From: Oscillospiraceae bacterium
GTDB lineage: Bacteria > Bacillota > Clostridia > Christensenellales > Aristaeellaceae
Assembly (NCBI GenBank): GCA_031282605.1
Contig: JAITDK010000267.1
Coordinates: 1-31,849, forward strand
Direction of reading: 5' to 3'
Length of the DNA stretch: 31,849 nucleotides
Numbering within the stretch: the first letter of the stretch is position 1; each line of letters opens with the position of its first letter. This document shows, piece after piece, positions 18,311-28,197 of the stretch. The notes beneath the pieces were generated by a model, which did no database searches, had not been told where the DNA came from, and saw nothing but the letters and a program-made list of their open reading frames with translations. A program made the position numbers and the translations under genes.

Positions 18311-19813
18311 CTATCTAAGGTAATATTTCCCGTCCACTGCGGGCATTGTCTCCCCGGCGGCCTCCGCCGGATCACCGCGTACAACGCCCAGCACCGTCAG
18401 TATATCGCCGACGGCGAACCGCAGCAGTCTGTCGCAATAGATGAATACCGGCTCCTGCCAGCTGCCCGAACCGGGATTGGATGTATACAGCGCCAACGCG
18501 GGCAGTCCATCCCGCTCCTCGACCGCTCCGACGCGCCCGCGCAGCTCTACATTCACGCCCGCCGCGCCTTCCGGATGGTCAACGAGCTTCCTGTACGTCA
18601 CATTCTGGGTATACAAACGGAAATCTTGAATCTGTTCTATCTCGCTGAGTTCGCGCTCCAGTGTCAGTTCAACCGTGGACGGAGGCAGACCGGCCGCCGT
18701 CGCGGTCGCTTGATACACCGCGCTCTGACCGCGCCGGACGCTAAGCGAGAAATACAGGTAGCCGCTGCCGTTCGCGGGTCCGCGCATCGTCCGGCTGGGT
18801 GTCGTCAGCTCAATAGCAGCGTCGGGCAGCGTATACACGTATAGGTCGAACGGACCCGTGATCCGCTCCATGTTGGGCTGCAGAACGAGCGGCGTGACGC
18901 CGCGCGCCAGCAGAACCGAGTGAACGCGCCTCGCCGACGCGCCGCCATGGCTGGCCGTGAACGTGACGTCATGCCCGCCATTCTCGCCGTCTATAGTAAA
19001 CTCGAACGCGAACGTTCCGTCCACGCCCGCTCTTGCGCGCGCAATCTCTACGCCATCCACGGCCAGCGCCACTTTCGCGCCGGGCTGGGTCGTTCCGCTT
19101 GCGGACATTTGACCATCATCCGTCCATGCCGGCAGTCGCGTCAATGCGAACGCCAGCGCGCCGGACGACTCGACCGTGCGAGCGACGCCCGACAACGGCG
19201 CGGGCTCGTAATCGGACGAGCCGACATCGCCGAGCGGTTGCTTGTCTATGAAATCGACGCGCTGTTTAACGGAATCCAGCGCGGCTTGCGCGGCGTCCGC
19301 CCCCACGTCATATGGCGCGCGCGCGGTCAGCTCGATCAGCGCGCCGTCCAACACAGAGACGTCCTTTAGTTGATATATGGAGTCGTACGCGTTTGTCATA
19401 CGCAGCCACTCGCCGTCCAGCCAGTATGACCAGTCGGCAAACGCGGCGAGCGATTCCGCCGCGTCACGCCGGGAGGATTCGTCAGCCGAATCCGCTTGCG
19501 GCCAATCGCGCGCGGACATCATCACGCGAACGCCGTCGGCGCGGATTATATCGAACAGCGTATGCTCGGCGTAATATGACGCGGCCAGCGCGCTTGGGTC
19601 GATACCGCGCTCCAGCAGCCAATCCGATTGTCCGCCTATCGTCTGGGGCGTTATGACATATTCATCCGGCGCGGCGTCCAGGCGAACGCCCTGTTGAGGG
19701 AACACGATGACCTCGGCGGAAGCGCTTGCAGCCATCGCCGCCAATCCCACCGCTATCAAACCCATCGCCAGCGACGCGGCGCGCTTATACCAATGGCGCA
19801 TAATCCGGAACAT
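18311..19813 (-). CDS. Hypothetical secreted protein with the same architecture; paralog 1
   Basis: Signal peptide ending ASASA; SGTTQPGAKV; VTYRKLVDHPEGAAGVNVELRG; starts 2 nt after the DUF368 stop. Confidence 0.75.
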   Translation of the reverse strand: MFRIMRHWYKRAASLAMGLIAVGLAAMAASASAEVIVFPQQGVRLDAAPDEYVITPQTIGGQSDWLLERGIDPSALAASYYAEHTLFDIIRADGVRVMMSARDWPQADSADESSRRDAAESLAAFADWSYWLDGEWLRMTNAYDSIYQLKDVSVLDGALIELTARAPYDVGADAAQAALDSVKQRVDFIDKQPLGDVGSSDYEPAPLSGVARTVESSGALAFALTRLPAWTDDGQMSASGTTQPGAKVALAVDGVEIARARAGVDGTFAFEFTIDGENGGHDVTFTASHGGASARRVHSVLLARGVTPLVLQPNMERITGPFDLYVYTLPDAAIELTTPSRTMRGPANGSGYLYFSLSVRRGQSAVYQATATAAGLPPSTVELTLERELSEIEQIQDFRLYTQNVTYRKLVDHPEGAAGVNVELRGRVGAVEERDGLPALALYTSNPGSGSWQEPVFIYCDRLLRFAVGDILTVLGVVRGDPAEAAGETMPAVDGKYYLR

Positions 19814-19815
19814 CC

Positions 19816-20715
19816 TTACGAAACGGCCTCCTTAACAGCGTCTTGATCGCCATGGGCAAACGCCCGTTCAAACAGCAGCGCCACCACAACCCCCGCTATC
19901 AGCAGCAGCGTGTGAATCAACCAGTTCGCCGCGAACACCGGCCATGAGAACACGATGTACACCGATCCCAGCACAAACCCCATCACCGTGAATCGACTGG
20001 GCGCGGGGAACCTGCGAAACAGCCACTCCACTACCTTGATGAGTACCGCGGCGCACACCAATCCCCCTGCAAGCGCGAAAAGCAGCGGCTTGATCTGAGC
20101 GAGCGGATGCCCCAGCGCGTTCATCATCGGCTGATATATCCCCAGGTAGAGCAGCAGGAACGACGAACTGACGCCTGGCACAACCGTCGCGAACGCGTAT
20201 ACCGCGCCGCCCATCACGGCCAGCCATCCATTGAACTCACGCGTTCCGGCGCCCGGCTCAGTCACACGATCCAGCAGGCTGAACACGAATATCAACCCAA
20301 AGCCCAGCAGCATCAGCGAGATGTTCAAAACCCACTGGCGGTAAGTCCAACCCGCAGCCATCACGGCGCCCTTGTCATTGACGCGCGGCGCTTTGCCCTC
20401 AGTGGCCTGCGCCCATAACGAACGCAGCCCACCCAGCACCAAGCCGACGAACAGAATGGTAATATTACTCTCCGCGCGCTGGATGATCTCGCTCATCGCG
20501 CGCGCCGTAAGCAGTATCCCTATCCCGCCGCCGATGGCCAGCGGAGCGAGGAACCTGGCGTTTTCCTTCACATCGCGCCTGAAATGAACCAGCGCGGCGA
20601 GTATCGGTTGGTACAGCCCCATCGACAGCGCGATCACCCCGCCGCTCACGCCCGGCAGCACGCACGCGATTCCCAGTATCAGTCCCCGCATTCCGTTAAC
20701 CAGCCATTTGAACAT
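19816..20715 (-). CDS. DUF368-family membrane protein (PopT-type undecaprenyl-phosphate translocase)
   Basis: Duplicated motif LPGVSGG..A...G.Y / VPGVSSS..L...G.Y, P...GG..G and FVGLVLG; RBS AGGAGG. Confidence 0.9.
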   Translation of the reverse strand: MFKWLVNGMRGLILGIACVLPGVSGGVIALSMGLYQPILAALVHFRRDVKENARFLAPLAIGGGIGILLTARAMSEIIQRAESNITILFVGLVLGGLRSLWAQATEGKAPRVNDKGAVMAAGWTYRQWVLNISLMLLGFGLIFVFSLLDRVTEPGAGTREFNGWLAVMGGAVYAFATVVPGVSSSFLLLYLGIYQPMMNALGHPLAQIKPLLFALAGGLVCAAVLIKVVEWLFRRFPAPSRFTVMGFVLGSVYIVFSWPVFAANWLIHTLLLIAGVVVALLFERAFAHGDQDAVKEAVS

Positions 20716-20882
20716 TCGCTACCTCCTGGTTAGTTTGGGTGTCTTTTGTGTGCACCTTGATCCTTTATGCTTGATGCTGGCTTATCGCGCCGAACGCACA
20801 CTTCGTTCCATATCAATCACATTTGTTTGTAACCTATTCATACCGCGCTCCATTCAGTCCCCCGCGAACCCGCTGCATGGCG

Positions 20883-23800
20883 TTAAGGAACGATGATCTC
20901 GCCCCCATCCTGAACCACCCACCCCTTGTCCACCGCGTCCGCCGCCTTGACAAACCCCAAGTCCACATTCCTTACCCGCTTGTTCGACTCGACCAGCACC
21001 AGGTCTGTAACCAACGGATCGTCGGCTCTGAACCGCAGGCTGCTGTTGATCTCCGGCAGTTTATCCGAACGCCGGGTCGGCAGCCAACCTTCCATCGCCG
21101 CCGCCAGTAAGCGGTATGTTCCCGGCCTTACGCCGCTGAACTCATAGTAACCGTTCGCGTCCGTCGTCGTCTCGCCCGCCTTCGTCCACTGTCCGTCCGC
21201 GCCGCGCTCCAGCGTCAGCGCCAGGCCGGCCATGCCGAGTTCGTCGTAGTCCTGCATTCCGTTCATGTTGCTGTCGATCCAGGCGAAATCCCCTATCGAG
21301 CCTGACCGCATCGCTCCCGCGTCGACATCGTAGAGCGCTCCGCCCATCACTAGCGTCAGCGCGCGCGTGCGCGATTGGTTTACATCCGTCGTTTCCGCCA
21401 TGGAACCGCCGTCTTGCCGCCGCGTGAACATCATACCGTCCGGCAATATGAAGCTCACCACGACCGTCCCGGGCGGCAGCCCCTCTATCATGTACGCGCC
21501 GGATTCATCGGTCACGGCGCTGAACGATCCGTGGGCGGTCTCCGCCGTGACGCTCGCGCCCACTACGGGCGGATCGTTCACGCCGCGCATGCCGTCGGCA
21601 TCCATGTCCTCAAATACCATACCCGATACCGACCCTAGTCGCGTGGCCCCCGCGCGGAGACCATCAAGCGCGTCGCCCATCAGCAGCGTCGCGGAATCGG
21701 CCGTCTCACCAGAATCCACATAATCATCAGGCCAGGCGTAAACCAGCGAGTACATACCGGGACGAAGCAGTTCAAATCGGAAGCGTCCGTCCCCGCCCGT
21801 TACCGAGGTTATCGAAACGTCATTTTCGTCGATCAGTGTGACATTAACATTGGACAGCGGCGATTCATCCAGACCGCGCTGACCATCGGCGTTCGAATCG
21901 GCGTATGTCTCGCCGCTGATCGAGCCGGCTTCCACCGCGCCCGCGCCGCAATCCGTCAGCGCCTGTCCCGGCGTCAGCGTAAACGCGTCGCTGAACGTCT
22001 GGCGCGCGCTGGTCAGCGGCATCACGCTGCCACCCTCGAACGGCTTCTCCGGCTTTGTGAAGATCAAGCCATCGGGCAGCGCGGCATGCAGCCGATACTC
22101 TCCGGGCAAGAGTTCCTCGATTATGTATGAACCGTCGTCGGACGTGCGCGATTGACGCACCGCCACGCCCGCCGCATCCAGCAGCGTGATCATCACGCCC
22201 GGCAGCGGAGGTTCGTTCGCTTCGGGCATGCCGTCGTAGACCGTGTCCAGCCATACTCGACCGGCGATGGAAGCCGATTTCACCACGCCGATATCGCGCG
22301 CCGAGACCCTTTCCCCCGAACGAACGCTGACTGTTATAGGCTCTTTATCGTTGGCGTCGATGAACAAATAACCGTCCGGCGGCGACGCGCTCAGCGCATG
22401 CTTCCCCGGCTTAAGGTTACTAAACCTATAAGCGCCATTGTCGTCCGTAACCGCCGAGCCGACCGGCGCGTCTAGACGCGATAACGACAGCCGCGCACCG
22501 GGCGGCGGATCGCCCGTCTCGTCGAGTATCAATCCTCCCAGCGAGGCTGGTTCATATACCCCGATCGGGCCGACCGTCGCAGCCGCGCCCATGCTCAGCT
22601 CGACATGCCACGCGGAATCGCCACCCATAAACGACATACCTTCAGGAAGAACCGCGTTTATGGCGTACGCACCGGGCCGCAGTTCGTCGATTATGAATCC
22701 GCCCCGCTCGTTAGCAACCGCGCTGAACCTCCGTCCGGATCCGCCTAGTATCGTTATCTCAACCCCGGCGACGCCTGGGTCATCGTCGTCTTGTCCGCCG
22801 TCTCCATCCATATCCATGTAGAACGATCCGGCTATGGATCCTAGCGCGGTCAACGGCGGCACGGTTATGGAGCGTGAGTTATCGCCAACCGTCAATGCCC
22901 TCGAGACCGACCGTTCGTCCGTGCCCTCGAACGCCCAACCGATTTCAGGCAATTCGTATACGACGGTATAATTACCAGGCCTCAACCGCCGCAAGGTGAA
23001 CGATCCAGTCTCGTCGGATACAGCCTCCGTGATGGTTCCGCCGTCCGCCGTCTTAAGGCTTACTAGCAAGCCGGGGGTCGTCTCTCCGCTCGCGCGTCGC
23101 GCCGTTCCTGTCAAATCCGTCAGCGGCGTGAGCGGCAGCTGTGCCTGAACGTCGGACGAGTCGAAACCGACCTGTATCGGCCAGAGCGGCTGGCCTTCCC
23201 CTTGCTTGGCTTCCGTCGGCGGCGCGAAGCCCTCCGGCACGTCTGTCTCCAGCGTGTAGGCGCCCGGCCTGACGCGGTCGAACCTCACCACTCCATCAGC
23301 GTTCGACGTTAGTTCGGTCAGCGTCACGCCGTCTTTCGTCAGCCTAACCTTTATACCCATCATAGGCAGGTCGGCTGAATCGCGCAGCCCGTCATCGTCA
23401 CGATCCTGCCAGACGACCGCTTCTATCGAGGCGACGCGCACCATGCCGATATGCGCGCCGATCTCGTCCTGTCCAGGCTTGAGCGTGAATGGCTCGCTGA
23501 TGATCGCGCCGGATTGTCCCGGTTCGGACGGTACGAACTCAAGTAGTGTATCGCGCCGCGGCATCGTCAGCGCCATGCCATCCGGGACGTATGCCAGCAA
23601 GCGCGTTTCCCCTGGCCGTAGCCGTTTGAACGAGTACGCGCCTTCAGAATCCGTTTCGGTTGAAAACAGTTCATTCCCCTGCGCGTCGACCGCCGAGATA
23701 CGAACGCCCGCCAACGGCGACTCGCCTTCGCCGTTGTTCATCCACACCGCGCCGCTCGCCGACGCTGGTATAAACGCCGTCCATTCCGCCTGCGCCGTTT

Positions 23801-26800
23801 CACCGATACGCAGCGTGAACCACGTCTCTCCGCTGTGCAGGATCATGCCGTCCGGCAGCGCCGGCTCCAGCGAATATGAACCCGCCGCCAATCCCGTGAA
23901 GATGAACCCGCCCTCTTCATCCGACGCGCTGGTCTTGACCGATCCGTCCGGCGTGACAAGCCCCACGCTGACGCCGTATATCGGCGCGCCTTCATGATCC
24001 TTTATCGTACCGATGATACTCGCGGCGGGCACGATCGCTATGCCGCGCTCGAGCCGCTCGCCCGACAAGAGCGATACGGTTTCGCTCCTAAGTATACCCG
24101 CTTCAAGCGCGGCGTCGGCAGGCGTAAGCCAGCTCAGCGTATATTCGCCCGGCTCGATCGTATCCAGCGTGAACGAACCATCCGCGCCCACCGACGCTTC
24201 ATAGACCGTTTGGCCGTTCGCGTTGGTCAAGCTGACGGCGGTTCGGCTCGCGTATGACGCGTCGAGTCCTTGGACTTCAACGCGGCCTGACAGCGCCGCC
24301 GCCGTTTGAGCGGCTATGTCAACCGACGCGCTTCCGCCGTATGGCAGCGTAACAACCCTCGGAGGATCGACGGGCAAGTATCCCGGCGGCAGCTCGGCCA
24401 GCAACGCGTATTCGCCCGGCGCGAGTCCGTCTATCCTGAACGAACCGGCCTCGTCGGCGTTGACGCTCGCGGCGAGTTCGCCGTTTCTCCACAGAGATAT
24501 AACTATATCTGCATGACGATCCATCAGCGCCGACGGACCGCTGACCGCGCCTGTCAGTACGCTTTCAGGCAGCACGGCGAATCGCCAGCCCGACTGGCTC
24601 AGCAGCGCGTAGCGAGCTGACGTACGTTGATACAGCTCATCAAACGAGAGTGTCAGCGACGCGTTCGACGGCACCTGCTCGTCGAAGGCGAACGCGCCGT
24701 CAGAGTCGGTGAACGCCTCGGCGATCACGACGCCGGAACTGTTGCTCGCGGTCACTCTCACTAATGGTACCCCGGCGTCGTTCAGACCGCGAACCCTGTC
24801 CATATCGCGATCCTCAAAAACCGAACCTTGAGACGTGCGGTGCGGCGTGATCAGCGTCAACCGCGCGAAAGACGTCGATTGACCGTCGACCGTGCGCCGC
24901 TGATCCTCGCCCACTTGAACAGGCGTCGTGATGTTCATTCGCGCGTTCAGCGTGACGGCCGCGTCCACAGCCAATCGAGGGAGCGCGCGGACTGCGGCTT
25001 CAATCTCAATCCCGTTCAGGGTAAATACCGGCTGCGCCGCGCTGGGAAGCGTTTCATCGCCGCCCAATACAATTCTCACGGATCGTATTGCTTCCCTCAC
25101 ATCGTCCCAGCGCAGCACGGCCGGCAGCGTCGCGCAGCCTTGATCGATCCAGCCGGCGTCATAGCCGACGAACACCCGCGCGGTCTCCGCTCCGTCAACG
25201 TCAGGTATCGTTATGCCTGAGAACGAAACACCCGTCTCGCTGTTCATGTCCAGGATGAACTCGGCGGCGCTTACGGGCAGCTGCTGGCCGGCAAGCGCGA
25301 GCGTCAGGCGGGTTTCGCGTTCCTCATTCAACTCCAATCTGGTCTCGGCAGGGATCCATGCCGGCGCGGGGCGTTGAGCACTTTCGGGTATCGGCGCGCT
25401 GACGAATACTACGCGCGAGGGCGTATCGGAGGGTGTGCCATCGCCGCGCAGGTATGGTTCCAGCGTGAAGTCCCGTGATATTGGCACAAACGCCGGATCG
25501 GCCATGTAACCGTCCGCGGACTCGATCAGCGTCAAGCGATAGCGTCCCGGCGGCAGCGGTTGAGGCGCTTCATAGCCGCTTGAGTCCCCCATCGAGAATC
25601 GCAGCGGCGGCAGCAAATCGTCGTCCAGGCTGACCAGCATGAAAGAGCCGCCGCGCACGCTCGCGCCGTATGTATCTTCATGCGACAGCGCGAACAATCC
25701 ATCCGCGCTGTCGACAAACGCGTCCAGCGTCACGTCGTCCCCCGGATACACCGTAACAGTGTGTGAGATCGGATCAGGCTGGAACCCGCCGACGGGTTCG
25801 GTCTCGCGGAATGTGTATGCCGTACCATCCAACCCGGCGGGCAGTGTGATTGCGGCTGACGCGTTGGTTGCGCCGATTGTGTTTCCGATCGCGTCGGTCG
25901 CTGTGTACGATCCCGGTTGGCTGACGAGGCTCACCGCCCCGGTTCCGTCAATCACTCGAGCCTTACGATTAACGCTAATACGCGCGTTTTTTGTGAACGC
26001 CAGCGTGGCGGAGGTTTCCTCGCCGCCGCGTATCTCAATGGACAACTGGCGCTCGGACGCGGTGTAACCTTGAGGCGCTTCATCCAGCGTAAGCGTGTAT
26101 GATCCCTCCGGCAGATTTGACAGCCACGATACGCCTGCGCCGTCCGTCGTCATTGAGCGTGGCGGCAGCGCACCGTTACCGTCGCTCTTGATAGAGACGC
26201 CCACGCCGCCAAGCGCGGCAACGGAGGATCGTGTTTCATACGCCTGGGCGATCAATCGAACCTGTCCCGTGCCGTCGTGCGTTAGTATGTCCCAATTAAA
26301 GACGTCTCCGGGTTCCAGGGTTATGAGGCGGTCGGGTTCATTTCCGGCGCGCAGCGTGTACTCGCCGGGCAGAATCGTCGGAAGGCCGGAGTCGTCCTGA
26401 TCCGCGCGGCGCGCCAGCCCTACAGCGTCGGTCTGCATACGCAATACCGAACCATCGACGGAGGTCAGCGTTATGATCTCGTCCGCGACGGGAGCGAGAA
26501 CGCGTTCCCCTGCCGGCGTAAACGCCGCCGCTTGGATTCTAACCGACAGTTGCGGCATAGGTTCGCACGCGGCGTTCAGGCGCGCCAGACCGCCGCTCAA
26601 TACCTCAATCCCGTACGATTCAATGGGGATAAACCGGGCAGGGAGGTTCGGCGCGAACAGATAATCTCCGGCGGGGAGCACACCCGCCCATGGCGCTCCA
26701 GGCTCGATCGCGCCGGACGCCGCGACGATCCCGGTTGAATCTATAATTGCAAACGTTATCGATTCATTTGCTGTAATCTCAACCAATCCGCCCGACAGCG

Positions 26801-27335
26801 AGTTTGTTATAGCGAGCGTCTCGCCGAACGACACGGCATTGGTCAGCGGAATGAGGCCGCCTGTCATGGTGTAACCGTCGGACGCGGTCAGCTGCCTCAG
26901 GTAGAGCGTCGGTTCGATAGGTAGGAGAAGGGGCTCGGGGAGCGTATCGACGGTGATGATCCATGGCCGCGCGGGATCGAGGGGATCAGGCCACGGCGTT
27001 TCACCGCCGCTGGCATTGAGCGCCACGACCTCGAACGAAACGCCCGGCAGCGGAGCGCCGTTGATCGGAAGGGTTCGACCGCCGTCCAGGATGATCTGAG
27101 TTGGTTCGCCGTTATTGATGCCGGTGACCGCGCCGATAACGGACAACCAAAGCGTCGCCGGAACCGAGGCGTTCGGGTCGGCGATGATATACGTAGCGTC
27201 GCCGATCCTCGCGGCGCCGCCCGGGGGGATGGGATCCAGATCCGCTAAGGCGGCGGTATGCACAGTGAATATAATTATTATAACAGCGGCTATGACGACC
27301 GCCGTAAGTGACCATCGTGCATATGTAATATCCAT
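20883..27335 (-). CDS. Giant secreted repeat protein (2150 aa) with SdrD-B/Cna-B-like and carboxypeptidase-regulatory-like beta-sandwich repeats; adhesin-like
   Basis: Signal peptide ending TAALA; about seven G-x-V-[WF]-x-D-x-[DN]-x-[DN]-G calcium-loop repeats; many F.F..L.PG.Y.L repeats; E-box-like Y.L.LDEAPQGY. Confidence 0.88.
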   Translation of the reverse strand: MDITYARWSLTAVVIAAVIIIIFTVHTAALADLDPIPPGGAARIGDATYIIADPNASVPATLWLSVIGAVTGINNGEPTQIILDGGRTLPINGAPLPGVSFEVVALNASGGETPWPDPLDPARPWIITVDTLPEPLLLPIEPTLYLRQLTASDGYTMTGGLIPLTNAVSFGETLAITNSLSGGLVEITANESITFAIIDSTGIVAASGAIEPGAPWAGVLPAGDYLFAPNLPARFIPIESYGIEVLSGGLARLNAACEPMPQLSVRIQAAAFTPAGERVLAPVADEIITLTSVDGSVLRMQTDAVGLARRADQDDSGLPTILPGEYTLRAGNEPDRLITLEPGDVFNWDILTHDGTGQVRLIAQAYETRSSVAALGGVGVSIKSDGNGALPPRSMTTDGAGVSWLSNLPEGSYTLTLDEAPQGYTASERQLSIEIRGGEETSATLAFTKNARISVNRKARVIDGTGAVSLVSQPGSYTATDAIGNTIGATNASAAITLPAGLDGTAYTFRETEPVGGFQPDPISHTVTVYPGDDVTLDAFVDSADGLFALSHEDTYGASVRGGSFMLVSLDDDLLPPLRFSMGDSSGYEAPQPLPPGRYRLTLIESADGYMADPAFVPISRDFTLEPYLRGDGTPSDTPSRVVFVSAPIPESAQRPAPAWIPAETRLELNEERETRLTLALAGQQLPVSAAEFILDMNSETGVSFSGITIPDVDGAETARVFVGYDAGWIDQGCATLPAVLRWDDVREAIRSVRIVLGGDETLPSAAQPVFTLNGIEIEAAVRALPRLAVDAAVTLNARMNITTPVQVGEDQRRTVDGQSTSFARLTLITPHRTSQGSVFEDRDMDRVRGLNDAGVPLVRVTASNSSGVVIAEAFTDSDGAFAFDEQVPSNASLTLSFDELYQRTSARYALLSQSGWRFAVLPESVLTGAVSGPSALMDRHADIVISLWRNGELAASVNADEAGSFRIDGLAPGEYALLAELPPGYLPVDPPRVVTLPYGGSASVDIAAQTAAALSGRVEVQGLDASYASRTAVSLTNANGQTVYEASVGADGSFTLDTIEPGEYTLSWLTPADAALEAGILRSETVSLLSGERLERGIAIVPAASIIGTIKDHEGAPIYGVSVGLVTPDGSVKTSASDEEGGFIFTGLAAGSYSLEPALPDGMILHSGETWFTLRIGETAQAEWTAFIPASASGAVWMNNGEGESPLAGVRISAVDAQGNELFSTETDSEGAYSFKRLRPGETRLLAYVPDGMALTMPRRDTLLEFVPSEPGQSGAIISEPFTLKPGQDEIGAHIGMVRVASIEAVVWQDRDDDGLRDSADLPMMGIKVRLTKDGVTLTELTSNADGVVRFDRVRPGAYTLETDVPEGFAPPTEAKQGEGQPLWPIQVGFDSSDVQAQLPLTPLTDLTGTARRASGETTPGLLVSLKTADGGTITEAVSDETGSFTLRRLRPGNYTVVYELPEIGWAFEGTDERSVSRALTVGDNSRSITVPPLTALGSIAGSFYMDMDGDGGQDDDDPGVAGVEITILGGSGRRFSAVANERGGFIIDELRPGAYAINAVLPEGMSFMGGDSAWHVELSMGAAATVGPIGVYEPASLGGLILDETGDPPPGARLSLSRLDAPVGSAVTDDNGAYRFSNLKPGKHALSASPPDGYLFIDANDKEPITVSVRSGERVSARDIGVVKSASIAGRVWLDTVYDGMPEANEPPLPGVMITLLDAAGVAVRQSRTSDDGSYIIEELLPGEYRLHAALPDGLIFTKPEKPFEGGSVMPLTSARQTFSDAFTLTPGQALTDCGAGAVEAGSISGETYADSNADGQRGLDESPLSNVNVTLIDENDVSITSVTGGDGRFRFELLRPGMYSLVYAWPDDYVDSGETADSATLLMGDALDGLRAGATRLGSVSGMVFEDMDADGMRGVNDPPVVGASVTAETAHGSFSAVTDESGAYMIEGLPPGTVVVSFILPDGMMFTRRQDGGSMAETTDVNQSRTRALTLVMGGALYDVDAGAMRSGSIGDFAWIDSNMNGMQDYDELGMAGLALTLERGADGQWTKAGETTTDANGYYEFSGVRPGTYRLLAAAMEGWLPTRRSDKLPEINSSLRFRADDPLVTDLVLVESNKRVRNVDLGFVKAADAVDKGWVVQDGGEIIVP

Positions 27336-27379
27336 AATTCACCGTTTTTCCCATTCATTCCCATACGTTTGCAGTCAGT

Positions 27380-27408
27380 ATTTTATCATGCCTGAGAGAA
27401 ATTTACAA
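27380..27408 (-). promoter_or_regulatory. Sigma-A promoter of the giant surface protein gene (extended -10)
   Basis: Minus strand: TTGTAA, 17-nt spacer, TAAAAT preceded by TGa. Confidence 0.65.
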
Positions 27409-27411
27409 GGT

Positions 27412-27540
27412 TGGATTTTTATGTCTCATCCTGGATTTTTCCTGGAATTTGCTGGGTTTTTTCTGGGAACAGGTGGTAATTTAGTGGCAGGTAATAATTG
27501 GCATTTATGGGATTTTATGGTAATTATGGTATTATATGGT
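27412..27540. repeat. AT-rich, C-depleted array of TGG-W-rich units with ~10-bp periodicity
   Basis: TGG starts at 27412, 27432, 27443, 27453, 27464, 27474, 27485, 27499, 27508, 27518, 27527 and 27537; line 27481-27540 is 30% GC with only 2 C. Confidence 0.65.
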
Positions 27541-27549
27541 TGTTTAAGG

Positions 27550-27578
27550 TTGAATAGGCGGGGTATGTATGGTAATGT
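27550..27578 (+). promoter_or_regulatory. Possible promoter of the thioesterase gene
   Basis: TTGAAT, 17-nt spacer, TAATGT preceded by TGg. Confidence 0.4.
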
Positions 27579-27615
27579 AGCTGATGTGATTTGGGGAGAT
27601 AGGGGGAAGATAGTT

Positions 27616-28023
27616 ATGACGGATATAGAAAGCGCGGCGGCCTTCTTTGGAGCGACGGATAGATTTGCGGTTGATGTGCTCGGCGCGGAGATTGAGCAGG
27701 TAGGGGATGGGTACGCGGCGGTCGGGCTGACGCTTAAGGATAAGCATCGGCGGGTAGAGAACGCGGTGCAGGGCGGGGTGATATTCACGCTAGGGGATTA
27801 CGCGTTCGCGGTCGCCACGAACGACGAGGATACGCGGGTAGTATCGCTGTCAAACACGATCAATTTTCACAAGCAGCCCAAGGGCGGGAGGCTCCGAGCC
27901 GAAGCGCGGCAGGAATCGCGCGGAAACACGGTGCAATCCTATCTGGTGCGGATAACGGACGAGTTGGGCACGCTGGTCGCCACGATGTCGGTAACCGGCT
28001 ACACGATTCACAAGCGAACATAG
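27616..28023 (+). CDS. PaaI-family hotdog-fold thioesterase
   Basis: DRFAVDVLG, VQGGVIFTLGDYAFAVATN and G.L.AEA...G...Y.V.ITDE.G.LVA; true start at ATG 27616 behind GGGGGA. Confidence 0.9.
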   Translation: MTDIESAAAFFGATDRFAVDVLGAEIEQVGDGYAAVGLTLKDKHRRVENAVQGGVIFTLGDYAFAVATNDEDTRVVSLSNTINFHKQPKGGRLRAEARQESRGNTVQSYLVRITDELGTLVATMSVTGYTIHKRT

Positions 28024-28084
28024 CTGGCCAAGCCCGCCGCGACTGTCCGGTTCTAAAACCGGGCAGCGTTTCGCCGCATCGTAT

Positions 28085-28151
28085 AGCGTAAGGGCGCGTA
28101 GGTTTGTGTTGAATGGGGTGCGCATGCACTCAGGCCTTACGCGCTTACGCT
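28085..28151. repeat. Long imperfect hairpin in the intergenic region
   Basis: agcgtaagggcgcgtagg ... ccttacgcgcttacgct. Confidence 0.55.
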
Positions 28152-28197
28152 GTGGGTTAAAGGCGCGCCGCGGTCGTCCCCTTCCGACGCGCCGTCA

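Noticed and set aside
27115-27615. 167-aa N-terminal extension of the PaaI ORF
   Set aside because: It overlaps the giant gene antisense and runs through the low-complexity array; the hotdog domain starts at ATG 27616, which has its own RBS.
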